From the NCBI GenBank assembly GCA_964588985.1, contig CAZPQW010000003.1:96001-160000 (forward strand): DNA of 64,000 nt. Direction: 5' to 3'. This document shows positions 46,934 through 57,016 of this stretch, in pieces. Source of the stretch: an uncultured Solirubrobacteraceae bacterium (GTDB lineage: Bacteria; Actinomycetota; Thermoleophilia; Solirubrobacterales; Solirubrobacteraceae). The notes under the pieces are model-generated. The model saw only the letters and a program-made list of their open reading frames with translations, did not search any database and was not told the origin of the DNA. The position numbers and the translations under genes were made by a program. The first letter of the stretch is position 1, and each line of letters begins with the position of its first letter.

Positions 46934-48196
46934 ATGGCGAATATCGAGTTGCGCAAGCGGTTCTTCGGAGCGGAGGTTGTGGGCAGCATCGATCTCTCAT
47001 CGATGCCGACGCTTAGCTGGAGCGAGCACCACGCGCTCCTTCGGATTGGGAGCACGTTCGAGGATCTCGGTATGGACGTCCGATCTGTGGCCCGGGCGAT
47101 TGACGGATTGGAGGGGGAACTTGGCCTCAGGCTCGACCACCAGTCGCTGCTCCTGGACCGACAGGTCGATCTTCTTGCGGATATTGCCCAGTCGCTTCGC
47201 ACGCCGGCGCGAGTTCGTGCAGCCGAGCGGCTATCTAGCGTCGGGGAGCTGCTGCGCCGTAAACGCTATGAGCGTGCGCTTGCCGCTGCCGAAGAGGCGA
47301 TCGAAGACGACCCCAACAACCCGGCAGGATTCATAGCTGCGGGCTGGGCACAGATTGGTCTTGAGCATCTCGATGCGGCCCGCGCTCTCTTCACGGAGGC
47401 TGCTGAGGCAAGCGACGTTGACGCGCGTAGCGCGGCGTTCCGCCAGGCTGCCCGTCTGACTCTGGCGCTCGACGGACCAGAAGCAGCCCTTACTCGACTC
47501 GGCGAGGTCTCCGGTGCAAACAGCGTTACTGAGCGTGCGGCGGTGACCTACGACCGCGCCGTCTACCTGGCGGACCTTGGCGACACCGCTGCCGCTCTGG
47601 TGAACCTGCTTGACGCTGGTCGCGCCGAGCCGAGCTTCCTGTTCGCGGCGCTCGCGGATCCGCTACTTGCGTCGCACCTCGTCATCATCGAGGCTGCATC
47701 TGAAGAGCTCGCCGCGCGCCAACGGGCGGTCGTCAGAGACATCGCCCGGTATGACGAACTCATTCAACAGCTAGGCGAGCTCACGGCGCGACTTGAAGGC
47801 GAGAACAAGACGCTTCGAGTTGCGGGCAGAAACGAGCGCCAGCAGGTTCTGGGCAAGCTCGTGGATGTAGCAACGCGTTGTTCGAGCGAGAGATCAGATC
47901 TGGTAGCCCACGCCGAGCGTGCCCTACAGGTGCAGCAGTTGAGTGCTGCCATCAACGACATGGAGGAGACTCTGGAACACGCCAACGCTCGTGAGAGTGA
48001 GCTGTTTGAGTCTGCACGCCTCGTCATAAAGCTTGAACGGGCAGCTCTAGACTTCGCTCAACGAGAAGATGCCTGGCCGACGAAGTTGAAGGACGGAACC
48101 TGGGAGATCACAAAGAAGCGACGGTTCGCGCAACAGATCACGTGGCGCGCAACGCTCGACGATCGCGGCGAGCCTGCAATCGAGCTAGCGAACTAA
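46934..48196 (+). CDS. TPR-containing coiled-coil protein
   Basis: ALAAAEEAIEDDPNNPAGFIAAG TPR; TAGGGT 7 nt before ATG. Confidence 0.75.
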   Translation: MANIELRKRFFGAEVVGSIDLSSMPTLSWSEHHALLRIGSTFEDLGMDVRSVARAIDGLEGELGLRLDHQSLLLDRQVDLLADIAQSLRTPARVRAAERLSSVGELLRRKRYERALAAAEEAIEDDPNNPAGFIAAGWAQIGLEHLDAARALFTEAAEASDVDARSAAFRQAARLTLALDGPEAALTRLGEVSGANSVTERAAVTYDRAVYLADLGDTAAALVNLLDAGRAEPSFLFAALADPLLASHLVIIEAASEELAARQRAVVRDIARYDELIQQLGELTARLEGENKTLRVAGRNERQQVLGKLVDVATRCSSERSDLVAHAERALQVQQLSAAINDMEETLEHANARESELFESARLVIKLERAALDFAQREDAWPTKLKDGTWEITKKRRFAQQITWRATLDDRGEPAIELAN

Positions 48197-48300
48197 CGCA
48201 AGGTCAGAAGGTGGCCTATGACCTGGGTGTGGAGTGGAGTGGCACCCGTTTGACGGCCTCTTGATGGCTTTAGTGGCTTGGGTGCGAAAGCGCTGCAGCG

Positions 48301-49404
48301 TCAGAGCTCGATCACGCTGCGGATGCCCGCCTGGGCCTCCATCAGCTCGAAGCCACGGTTGACTTCGTCGAGCGTGAGGCGGTGCGAGATGAACGGGTCG
48401 ACGTCGATGTCGCCGGCGAGATAGCGGCGCACGAGCGCGGGCACATCTTCGCGGCCCTTCAGGCCGCCGAAGGAGGATCCGCAGATCCGCCGGCCGGTGA
48501 TCAGCAGGCGCGGCACCACGTCGAGGGTCTCGCCGCGCCCCGCGACGCCGCACACCGTGCACAGCCCCCACCCCATCCGCGCGGCCTCGACCGCCTGACG
48601 CATCACCGCGACGCTGCCGGTCGCCTCGAAGGTGTAGTCCGCGCCGAAGCCGCCGGTCATCTCGAGGATCGTCTCGACCGTGTCGGGCCCGCCGATCAGC
48701 GTGTCGGTGGCGCCCTGTCCGCGCGCCAGCTCCAGTCGCGCGGGCGCCATGTCGACGCACACGATCCGCTCGGCGCCCTGCAGCCGGCAGCCGGCGACCG
48801 CCCCGAGGCCGACCATCCCCGCGCCGAACACCACGCACGTGGAGCCGGCGCGCACCGCGGCGGTCTTCATCGCGGCCCCGAGCCCGGTGGAGAGCCCGCA
48901 CGCGAACAGGCACGCGCGGTCGAGCGGCGCCTCGGGGTCGATGCGCGCGAGCGCAATCTCCGGCATCACGGTGTACTCCGCGAACGTCGAGGTGCCCATG
49001 AAGTGGCGCAGCGGCTCCCCCGCGCGCGACAGGCGCGTGGTGCCGTCGGGGAGGTAGCCGAGGTTCTGCTGCTCGCGGATCGCGAGGCACAGGTTGGTGA
49101 GCGGGCTGACGCAGTGCACGCACTCGCCGCACTGGGGCGAGAACAGCGTCACCACGTGGTCGCCCTCGCTCAGCAGCGTCACATCGCTGCCGACCCGCTC
49201 CACCACGCCCGCGCCCTCGTGGCCGAGCACCGTCGGCGCGTAGCCGGAGGGGTCGACGCCGGAGGCGGTGTAGAGGTCGGTGTGGCACACGCCGCACGCC
49301 ACGAGACGCACGAGCACCTCCTTCGGCCCTGGCTCCGCGAGCTCGACCTCTTGGACTACGAGCGGAGCGGCGAACTCCTCGAGCACCGCCGCGCGGATCT
49401 TCAT
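48301..49404 (-). CDS. Zn-dependent alcohol/formaldehyde dehydrogenase (class III-like)
   Basis: GVCHTD, GHEGAG, C..C..C..C, HFMGTSTF, GAGMVG. Confidence 0.93.
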   Translation of the reverse strand: MKIRAAVLEEFAAPLVVQEVELAEPGPKEVLVRLVACGVCHTDLYTASGVDPSGYAPTVLGHEGAGVVERVGSDVTLLSEGDHVVTLFSPQCGECVHCVSPLTNLCLAIREQQNLGYLPDGTTRLSRAGEPLRHFMGTSTFAEYTVMPEIALARIDPEAPLDRACLFACGLSTGLGAAMKTAAVRAGSTCVVFGAGMVGLGAVAGCRLQGAERIVCVDMAPARLELARGQGATDTLIGGPDTVETILEMTGGFGADYTFEATGSVAVMRQAVEAARMGWGLCTVCGVAGRGETLDVVPRLLITGRRICGSSFGGLKGREDVPALVRRYLAGDIDVDPFISHRLTLDEVNRGFELMEAQAGIRSVIEL

Positions 49405-50744
49405 CGGCTGGCGGTCGGGCTGGAGCCACCGACCCTCGCGAGCAGGCGTTCCTCGCCGGAGAGCGTCTGGCTGGTCGCGGCGAGGATCTCCACCTCGGTC
49501 AGCTCTCCCGACTGGGCGAGTCCGCCGAAGTTGACGACCTTGTTGTGGCGGGTGCGCCCGCGCAGGCGCTCGGGGTCGTTGCGCGAGGCGCCTTCCACGA
49601 GCACCTCCACCGTGCGCCCGACGAAGCGCTCCGCGCGCTCCTTCGCTCGGCGCTGGACGATCTCGAGCAGCCGTTCCATTCGCTCCACCTTCACGGGGTG
49701 CGGCACGAGGCCCTCGGTCAGCTCGGCCGCGTCGGTGCCGCGACGCGGGGAGAAGATGAACGTGAAGGCGCTGTCGTAGCCGACCTCCTCGGCCACTTCG
49801 AGGGTCTCCTGGAAGTCCTCCTCGGTCTCGCCGGGGAAGCCCACGATGATGTCGGTGGTGAGCGCCACGTCGGGCACGTGCTCGCGGATCATCGCCACGC
49901 GATCCATGTAGCGCGCGCGGTCGTAGGTGCGGCGCATCGCCTTGAGGATGCGGCTGGAGCCCGACTGCAGCGGCAGGTGGATGTGCTCGCACACGCTCTC
50001 GAGCTCCGCGTGCGCGCGCACCACGTCCTCGCGCATGTCCTTCGGGTGCGGGCTCGTGTAGCGGATGCGCTCGATCCCGTCGATCCCGTCGAGCAGCCTC
50101 AGCAGCTCGGAGAAGCTCGCCCGCGGCGCCAGGTCGCGCCCGTAGGAGTTGACGTTCTGCCCGAGCAGCGTGACCTCCCTCACGCCGTCGGCGACCATCC
50201 CCTCGACCTCCGCCACCAGCTCACCTAAGGGCCTGCTGACCTCGCGTCCGCGAGTGGAGGGAACGATGCAGTAGGAGCACGCGCAGTTGCAGCCCACGCT
50301 GATCTGCAGCCACCCCTGGAAGGCGCGCGCGCGGCGTGCCGGCAGGTGGCCGGTGAAGCCCTCGAACTCGAAGAAGCCCTGTGCGGTCAGCGAGTCGCTC
50401 GTGAGGAACTCCGCCAGCTTGTGCACCTGCCCGGGCCCGAACGCGACGTCCACGAACGGGAAGCGCTCGAACACCTCGTCCTTGAGCGACTGCGCCCAGC
50501 AGCCGCCCACGCCCACGACCGTCCCCGGTGTTTCCCGCTTGAGCCTCTTCGCCTCGCCGAGGTGCGAGATGAAGCGCGCGTCGGCCGTCTCGCGGATCGA
50601 GCACGTGTTGAACAGGATCAGGTCCGCCTCACTGCGCGCGGGCGCCTCGCTGTAGCCGAGCGACTCGAGCATCCCCTTCATCCGCTCGGAGTCGTGCTCG
50701 TTCATCTGACAGCCGAACGTCGTCAGGTGGTAGCGCTTTGCCAT
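49401..50744 (-). CDS. miaB: tRNA-2-methylthio-N6-dimethylallyladenosine synthase
   Basis: TFGCQMN, NTCSIRE, GCNCACSYC, TRAM domain. Confidence 0.96.
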   Translation of the reverse strand: MAKRYHLTTFGCQMNEHDSERMKGMLESLGYSEAPARSEADLILFNTCSIRETADARFISHLGEAKRLKRETPGTVVGVGGCWAQSLKDEVFERFPFVDVAFGPGQVHKLAEFLTSDSLTAQGFFEFEGFTGHLPARRARAFQGWLQISVGCNCACSYCIVPSTRGREVSRPLGELVAEVEGMVADGVREVTLLGQNVNSYGRDLAPRASFSELLRLLDGIDGIERIRYTSPHPKDMREDVVRAHAELESVCEHIHLPLQSGSSRILKAMRRTYDRARYMDRVAMIREHVPDVALTTDIIVGFPGETEEDFQETLEVAEEVGYDSAFTFIFSPRRGTDAAELTEGLVPHPVKVERMERLLEIVQRRAKERAERFVGRTVEVLVEGASRNDPERLRGRTRHNKVVNFGGLAQSGELTEVEILAATSQTLSGEERLLARVGGSSPTASR

Positions 50745-50814
50745 GGCTGCACAAGGGTACCGGCGCAAGCTCCTGTCGTTCGTCGGCATCGCCACCCGTC
50801 GCTACTCTTTTGGT

Positions 50815-51021
50815 ATGACGGCGAAGGAAAAGCTGCTTGAGGAAGCGCCCGGATGGACCGATGCACAGGCCATAGTCGCGCTGCGCGCTGTTGAGACCCA
50901 GGATGGGCTGGCCGCATATTTCGACGAGGAGGCAAAGCTCTCGGCCAATGCGCTGGATAAGCGCGAGGATCGATGGGCAGAGGCAAACGCCCGCGAGGCG
51001 GTCCGCGAAGAGCCTTGGTGA
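50815..51021 (+). CDS. Probable antitoxin
   Basis: TACTCT 6 nt before ATG; ends ..EEPW with GTGA overlap into mazF-like fragment. Confidence 0.7.
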   Translation: MTAKEKLLEEAPGWTDAQAIVALRAVETQDGLAAYFDEEAKLSANALDKREDRWAEANAREAVREEPW

Positions 51022-51110
51022 ATCGCGGCGCTATCTTCTGGCTCGATCTCGAAGCCGAGGGCCGTCGTCCCGTATGCATCCTGACTCGCGACGCGCGTGG
51101 TATGGCGTAA
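51018..51110 (+). pseudogene. Truncated PemK/MazF toxin
   Basis: VNRGAIFWLDLEAEGRRPVCILTRD then stop after 30 codons. Confidence 0.75.
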
Positions 51111-51260
51111 TACGGTCTGCTGGTCACATTGGATGAGGCCGCTGCGGATGAGGAGCCGCTCGAGCATTGAGGGCGACTCGCATTCAGCCTCGCCAGCCTT
51201 CAAAATACTGTGCTGCGGCGTTCATCAATGCATAGGAGGCGGCGGGTGGAAGAAGGCGCG

Positions 51261-51506
51261 ATGCAGGTTCACAGGCGGAGGCCAAGAGGACTCCGTGCGG
51301 CGGTCATCGAGGTGCTTGAGGATGTGAAGGAGCCGCTCTCTCCGAAGGAAATTTGGGAGGAGGTCAGCCGCCGAAAACTTCACACGAGCCAGGGGAAGAC
51401 GCCGGAAGCCACGGTCAGCGCCATGCTCTACCGCCGAAGCCATGAGTTCCAGAGAGTCGGTCGAGGTCGGTTCATCCTGATAGCCGCGTCATCGGGGGCG
51501 GCCTGA
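51261..51506 (+). CDS. Stand-alone HARE-HTH (winged helix) protein
   Basis: AVIEVL...PLS..EI...GKTPEATVSA.LY...F..VGRG.F. Confidence 0.75.
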   Translation: MQVHRRRPRGLRAAVIEVLEDVKEPLSPKEIWEEVSRRKLHTSQGKTPEATVSAMLYRRSHEFQRVGRGRFILIAASSGAA

Positions 51507-51517
51507 GTCGCGGGCCG

Positions 51518-53815
51518 CTACGACTCGAACATCATGGCGACGAGGGCGTGTAGGTCGTCGGAGTGCTCTACGCGTGGTTCCATCGCGGTGCGAGGTAGTA
51601 CAAGGCTCCAGCCCTCCTTGCCGTCCGCCAAGCCTCGGCTGAGGTCAACGGTCCCGCGTACGACGAGCGCCATTTTCGGCGACTTCAGCGCGAAGAGCTT
51701 GCCTCTGACCTTCGCGTCCAAGAGGTGGTGGCCCGTCGTGTCCACAGCCCAGCACACGCCTTTCTTCCAAATGAGGAAGTCGGGGTAGAACGTGAGGGAG
51801 TCGCCGACCTTCTTCGGCAGCGGCACGCCGTAGCCCTGGCTTCCCGTCGTGGGGTTGCGGACCCAGATCACGCCTTTCACGCGGTCAATGGCGTGCGCGA
51901 ACGGCGCCTCGTCTTTGTTGAAGTCGTTCCGTGAGTACCCGGCATGCGCGGCATGCACAAACGAGATCATGTCCTCGCTGCGGGGCCTGTACTCGCTTAC
52001 GGTCCATGTCAGCCGGTCGGGGTCCGGGTCCTCCTCGTAGTCCACGCGTTGCTCGTAGTAGTCCACGATGCGCGCCGCGAGTGCCACTAGGTCGTCCTGC
52101 GCCTGCGAGCCATGGCAGCTGTACTGCTCAAACGCCGGACCGTTGAATCGGTCCGGATGAATCGCGATCAAGCAATTACGGTTGCGCTGAAGGATTCGCT
52201 GGTGGACGAACCTGCCGTTCCTAGTGCGGGCGCTGCGCAGCACGGCTATGTCCTCGTACTCCTCGCTGCCCTCCGTCAGCGACACAACGGCCTTGCGACC
52301 CGTTCCCGGCGCTTCCAGATCCTCGTCGTCCCATTTGCGTGACGATTGGCTGCGGAGTTCTTTCCTCGGTGTTGTCATGTCTGGTGCCTTCAGTGCCCAG
52401 CGCGTGAGCTTGAGTTGTTTCGCTCCGCGCTTCACCGGCACGGGTGTCAGCGGCTCCTTGCGCGTCTTCACGCGCACCGTGGCGAACGCGGGTTCGTCTT
52501 CGGGCGCGTACAGCCGCAGCTCGGCCTTCAAGTCTGAGACGACGGTTTCGTAAGCCGACGTTGGTGTCTCGAGAATCAGGGTGGCGGTATTCAGCTCTTC
52601 AGCGGCGAAGCGTCGGGCGCGGGGCTGCCGCAGCACTCGGCCAACGATCTGGCGTATGCGCACAAACGATTTCGTGACGCCGTCGAAATAGCAGACGTAT
52701 GCCTCGGGGTCGTCCCAGCCCTCCTGCAGCGCTTGGTTGAAGATGATGTGTCGGTAACGAGGCTCAAGTTGGCTCAGGCTAGCGACGCGCTCCGCGCCCT
52801 CCGGCAGCTCCTTCGTGTCCGTATACACCGCGATCTCGTCCGCGGGCACGCCGCGCGAGAGCAGATGACGCCAGATCGCCACGGGCCGAGCCTCCTCGTT
52901 GGAGCCGCGCCGAGGATTGCTCTTCTCCACGACGTAGATCGCGCGCGGCGTTATGCCCGCTTCCTCCGCGTCGGTGGCGGCCTGCACGCGTTCCAGCGCA
53001 GCGAGTGCGCCGTCTAGGCTCTCCTCGGAGCCGCTCCGGTAGTCCACGACCTCAATCGTCGTCTTCAGAAGGTTCGCGTCCACCACGTCACGCGTCCTGA
53101 TCGGGACTTTTCCAGCGGCCAGCAGTGCTTTCGTCTCCTCTCCCTGGTTCAGCGCCTCCTCCCATTTCACGAACAGGTCGTTCATGAGCGGCGTCGCCGA
53201 TGCCATGAAGAAGCCGCGCGGTTTGAGAGCAGCGAGCTGGTCCAGCTGCACTTCGCTTTGGTTGTGGCTCTCGTCAGACACGATCCAGAGCGGTCGCCTC
53301 AGGTTCTCACGTAGCTGGTAAAACGGGGCGCCCTCGCCGGCCCAGTCCGCCTGTTCTCGGCGGAGGCGCAGGCGGGCATCACCGTCTCCTACACCGGCCT
53401 CGGCCTCGTTCCACGAGGCCACGGTCAATACCCAAATCGTGACCCCTTTCCTACTGTCAATCAGCTCGCGCCATGCAAGCTGGCTCGGGATGTCACGGAT
53501 CACCTTCGCGCCCGGCGGCAGCAGCGAGCGGTACTTGCCGTTCAGGTTCTCGTAGGTCTGCTCCACGACAGCGCTGGATCGCGTCGTCCAGAAGATCACC
53601 GCATCGCCGAGTCCTGCGACCGTACCAGCGAGCACCGGCGTCTTCCCGGAGCCCGTGACGGCCTTCAGCTGCCCCAGGAATGGGATCGGGGATTCGCCGT
53701 ATTCCGGCGGGTGGCCGCGCCGGACGGCATACGCCACCCAGGACAGCGCGGCTTCCCTGAGCGACTGGGCGGCTTCTTCCTGGAACGGGAAGAGTCGGAA
53801 GCTATCCACCGTCAT
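51518..53815 (-). CDS. res: Type III-like restriction subunit (SF2 helicase + PD-(D/E)XK)
   Basis: TGSGKT, DESH, LQEGWD, QIVGRVLR, FYPDF..AVDTTG. Confidence 0.85.
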   Translation of the reverse strand: MTVDSFRLFPFQEEAAQSLREAALSWVAYAVRRGHPPEYGESPIPFLGQLKAVTGSGKTPVLAGTVAGLGDAVIFWTTRSSAVVEQTYENLNGKYRSLLPPGAKVIRDIPSQLAWRELIDSRKGVTIWVLTVASWNEAEAGVGDGDARLRLRREQADWAGEGAPFYQLRENLRRPLWIVSDESHNQSEVQLDQLAALKPRGFFMASATPLMNDLFVKWEEALNQGEETKALLAAGKVPIRTRDVVDANLLKTTIEVVDYRSGSEESLDGALAALERVQAATDAEEAGITPRAIYVVEKSNPRRGSNEEARPVAIWRHLLSRGVPADEIAVYTDTKELPEGAERVASLSQLEPRYRHIIFNQALQEGWDDPEAYVCYFDGVTKSFVRIRQIVGRVLRQPRARRFAAEELNTATLILETPTSAYETVVSDLKAELRLYAPEDEPAFATVRVKTRKEPLTPVPVKRGAKQLKLTRWALKAPDMTTPRKELRSQSSRKWDDEDLEAPGTGRKAVVSLTEGSEEYEDIAVLRSARTRNGRFVHQRILQRNRNCLIAIHPDRFNGPAFEQYSCHGSQAQDDLVALAARIVDYYEQRVDYEEDPDPDRLTWTVSEYRPRSEDMISFVHAAHAGYSRNDFNKDEAPFAHAIDRVKGVIWVRNPTTGSQGYGVPLPKKVGDSLTFYPDFLIWKKGVCWAVDTTGHHLLDAKVRGKLFALKSPKMALVVRGTVDLSRGLADGKEGWSLVLPRTAMEPRVEHSDDLHALVAMMFES

Positions 53816-55685
53816 CCGGGGCGGTTAGCAACGCGGTCTCCAGCGCCTCAACGGCGTCGGCGTCACCGTGGAGGGCAGCATCGTCGTCGTCCGTAATCTG
53901 AAGCGCCGCCAGGATCTCATCGGGGATCTGGCAGAAACGGAAGGATTCGGTCTCACCGATCTCGCACGTCGCGGCGTATGCCCGCAGCGGCCGACGTAGG
54001 CCCTTCGCCTTCGTCTCGTCGAACATCGCGACGAGCACGTCGCGTGTGATCGCCGACTCCTTCCTTCCGTTCCAGCACAGACAGATCGCCTCCTGTCGCG
54101 AGTTGTAGCCTATGACGTACTGGCCGGCGACACGCGTGATGCCGCGGCCCTTGCCCGTGGCATCCGTGTGCATGATGAGGTTCGCAATTGCCTCGCGCTC
54201 CAGCTCCAGGATCGCGCCCCTGTTAAGGCGACGACCCGTGCTTTCAAACGTGAAGCCACCGGGCAGCTTCTCCTTCTGGATCGCCGTCTTCAAACGTGGC
54301 GCGATGAAGGTGCGGCAGTAGCGGTCCTCGCGCGTGCCCTCCTCAATGAGGATAAATCGGCGCGAGCCACCGTCGGCGGCGTTGAGCCGCATCACGGCTT
54401 GCCCTGTCGTTCCGGAGCCAGCGAACGGGTCCAACACGAGCGCGTCGGAGTCGCCTGCGAAGCCGATCAAAGTCTCAATTAGGGTTGTGGGCTTCGCGTT
54501 GGGGAAACGGCCGGCGTCTTTCGGAAGTAGCCTCTTCAAGTCGGCTGCGCCGCCACGCGAGCCCAGCTCAATCACGCCACGCAGCGGTGGCCGAAGCTCC
54601 CGTAGGTACTTCTTGAGCTGGACGAGCCGGCGCGCATCCCTCGGATAGATGATGCGCCCTTCCGACTCCAGGCGCCGCATCGTCTCCTCAGGGAAGCGGT
54701 AACCCCGCCCCGGCTTCTTGTGCACGAGTCCGGTCTCCGGGTTCACAACGTCGTAGACGTAGCCGCCAGGGTGCGGGTTCTCGGTCGTGCGGTTCGCGGC
54801 GTACGGGCCACGCTCGTCCACGAAGGAGTAGCGGGCGAGGTCGCCGAGGTCCACGATGCCTGACTCCTCTGCGGACTGCGTTGACGCGCCATACGCCGCA
54901 ATGTGCTCCTTGATTGCGGCCTGGTACGCCTTCTCAATCACCGCGACCTCGCCGCGGTGCTTCTTCTTCAGCTGTTCGTACGTCTGCAGCAGCCAGAGCT
55001 GCGCCGGACTGTCGCCGGACCACACCCGAGGCACCTCCTCCTCGCGCTTCGCGTAACAGAGGATGTACTCGTGACCGACCGCGATCCTCGTCGGATTGTT
55101 GTCTGCTGCCTGCTTCCAAACGACGACGCCGAGGCGGTTACGCTCACCGAAGATCTCGTCCATGAGCATGCCGAGTCGGAAGAGCTCGATGTCGTTGATG
55201 GAGACGAAGCAGATGCCGTCCTCAGCGAGTAGCTGCCAGACGAGCCAGAGGCGCGGGCCGATGAAGTTCAGCCACTTGGTGTGTCGGCCGCCGTCCTCGT
55301 TGTTCACGTACACCATGTCGTCGGCATCGGCGTTCGGGTCGTGGAAGCGCGCGTCGGAGTAAGCGAAGTCGCTCTTCCCAGTGTTGTACGGCACGTCTAG
55401 GTAAGCAACGTTGACCATGCCCTGGTACTGCGAGCGCAGCGACACCATTACTTGAAGGTTGTCGCCCTCAATCACGCGGTTGTCCCGCGGCTTCCCGAAC
55501 GACAGCTTCGGCACGGCCTCCAGCATGCGCGGCGCCGGCATCCTCGTCCGGTAGCCCTTCCGGCCCTCCCAGTGGAGGTACATGCCGGGACCGCCGGGGC
55601 GGCCCGCGGCGCGCGTCACGGGGTCCAGCGAAACCCGACCGTTCGTGGGCTTTGTGGTCGCGGCTTTCTTGCGTGCTGTTGCCAT
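53802..55685 (-). CDS. mod: Type III-like N6-adenine DNA methyltransferase (beta class)
   Basis: IEGDNL, YLDVPYNTG, HEYILCYAK, FPNAKP, LDPFAGSGTTG. Confidence 0.9.
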   Translation of the reverse strand: MATARKKAATTKPTNGRVSLDPVTRAAGRPGGPGMYLHWEGRKGYRTRMPAPRMLEAVPKLSFGKPRDNRVIEGDNLQVMVSLRSQYQGMVNVAYLDVPYNTGKSDFAYSDARFHDPNADADDMVYVNNEDGGRHTKWLNFIGPRLWLVWQLLAEDGICFVSINDIELFRLGMLMDEIFGERNRLGVVVWKQAADNNPTRIAVGHEYILCYAKREEEVPRVWSGDSPAQLWLLQTYEQLKKKHRGEVAVIEKAYQAAIKEHIAAYGASTQSAEESGIVDLGDLARYSFVDERGPYAANRTTENPHPGGYVYDVVNPETGLVHKKPGRGYRFPEETMRRLESEGRIIYPRDARRLVQLKKYLRELRPPLRGVIELGSRGGAADLKRLLPKDAGRFPNAKPTTLIETLIGFAGDSDALVLDPFAGSGTTGQAVMRLNAADGGSRRFILIEEGTREDRYCRTFIAPRLKTAIQKEKLPGGFTFESTGRRLNRGAILELEREAIANLIMHTDATGKGRGITRVAGQYVIGYNSRQEAICLCWNGRKESAITRDVLVAMFDETKAKGLRRPLRAYAATCEIGETESFRFCQIPDEILAALQITDDDDAALHGDADAVEALETALLTAPDDGG

Positions 55686-55775
55686 CTTGCCTCCGATTCT
55701 CGCCGATTCCGCGGCGTCGCGGCCCCCCAGAGCCACGCCGAGCTAGCCACCTACCGGTTGTCCGTCTCGACCCAG

Positions 55776-55789
55776 CGAACACAAGTTCG
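55776..55789. promoter_or_regulatory. LexA (SOS) box CGAAC-ACAA-GTTCG
   Basis: Perfect consensus 90 bp upstream of mod. Confidence 0.7.
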
Positions 55790-56086
55790 CATCCGCACCG
55801 GACGTAGCAAGAGAGATCGACCTCATCAGGGCTCCGCGTGGGCCTTAACTCGACGCGTGCCCCCGTCGCATACTGGCCTGTGATGGCGACGTCGGACGGT
55901 TGCCCGTGCGCCGTAGCTAATCCCAACGGGGCCACGCCCCCGGCTGTTAGTAGCAGAGCGGGGGCACTTTGAATGGAGCCGCCGACGCTAGACTCGGCCA
56001 GCCATGCCGTCAACCAGTTTCGCTAGCCGTTTCGCTAGGCCCTCCTAGTGGTGCCCGGCAGCGCGCCTGGTGGCTAACGTGTGGCT

Positions 56087-57007
56087 ATGTCTGCTTCGTG
56101 GCCTGCGCTCGCCTACAACGATTGGAGCGCGACGTGCGACACGCTCCACGCCCACACCCAGGTGCTCGGCAAGCTGGCCGTCGCGCTCGCGCCGCCCGAG
56201 CCGCAACTCCAGCACGCTGCGCTGCGCCTGACCGCGCGAGGCTGGGAGACCACCCCGCTTGTGGCGCCCGACGGCTCCGGGGCGTTCGTCGCCGCGCTCG
56301 ACCTGCGCACCCACGAGGCCGTGATCGAGCACAGCGCCGGTGCTGTGGTGCGTATCGCACTGGGACCGGATAGGCCGGTGGGCGAAGTCACGCGCGCGAT
56401 CCTCGATGCGATCCGCGGTCTTGCCGGAGCGGTCGAGATCGACCCGACACCGCAGGAGGTGCATTGGAGCGTGCCGCTCGACGAGGACGACGAGCACGCG
56501 CGCTACGACCCGGCGCAGGTCTCTCACTATTTCGCCGCGGCAACCCAAGCGGCGCTCGTCCTAGCAGCGTTTCGCGCGCCATTCCGAGGGCGCTCGACTC
56601 CGGTCAACGCTTGGTGGGGCTCGTTCGACATCGCGGTCAGCCTGTTCTCCGGGTTGCCGGCCGACCCGCCGTCGGATGACTTCATCATGCGCAACGCGAT
56701 GGACGCGCAGGAGGTGGCCATCGGCTGGTGGCCCGGCGATCCACGATCCTCCAAGGCAGCTTTCTACGCCTACGCGCACCCGGCACCCGCTGGATTCTCA
56801 GGCGCCACGCTCTCCCCCGCCGCCGCGCATTGGGATGCAGCACTCGGCGAGTACATCCTCGACTGGGACGATGTCTGCTCGAGTCCTGAACCGCACGCGT
56901 TCGCGCTCGAGTTCGCCCACTCGGCGTTCCGCCACGCGTGCGCCGTGTGCGAGTGGGACCCAGCGCTCGCCGCCAGCGCTGAGGGTACGCCGCCGCCTGT
57001 CGCGTGA
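56087..57007 (+). CDS. DUF5996-family protein
   Basis: WPAL....W..T.DTLH...Q..GK, WWGSFD.A, GWWPG, FYAYA.P.P. Confidence 0.85.
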   Translation: MSASWPALAYNDWSATCDTLHAHTQVLGKLAVALAPPEPQLQHAALRLTARGWETTPLVAPDGSGAFVAALDLRTHEAVIEHSAGAVVRIALGPDRPVGEVTRAILDAIRGLAGAVEIDPTPQEVHWSVPLDEDDEHARYDPAQVSHYFAAATQAALVLAAFRAPFRGRSTPVNAWWGSFDIAVSLFSGLPADPPSDDFIMRNAMDAQEVAIGWWPGDPRSSKAAFYAYAHPAPAGFSGATLSPAAAHWDAALGEYILDWDDVCSSPEPHAFALEFAHSAFRHACAVCEWDPALAASAEGTPPPVA

Positions 57008-57016
57008 GTCGGCGCG

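Noticed and set aside
56018-56040. Tandem GTTTCGCTAG repeat upstream of the DUF5996 gene
   Set aside because: Only two short copies; no supporting context
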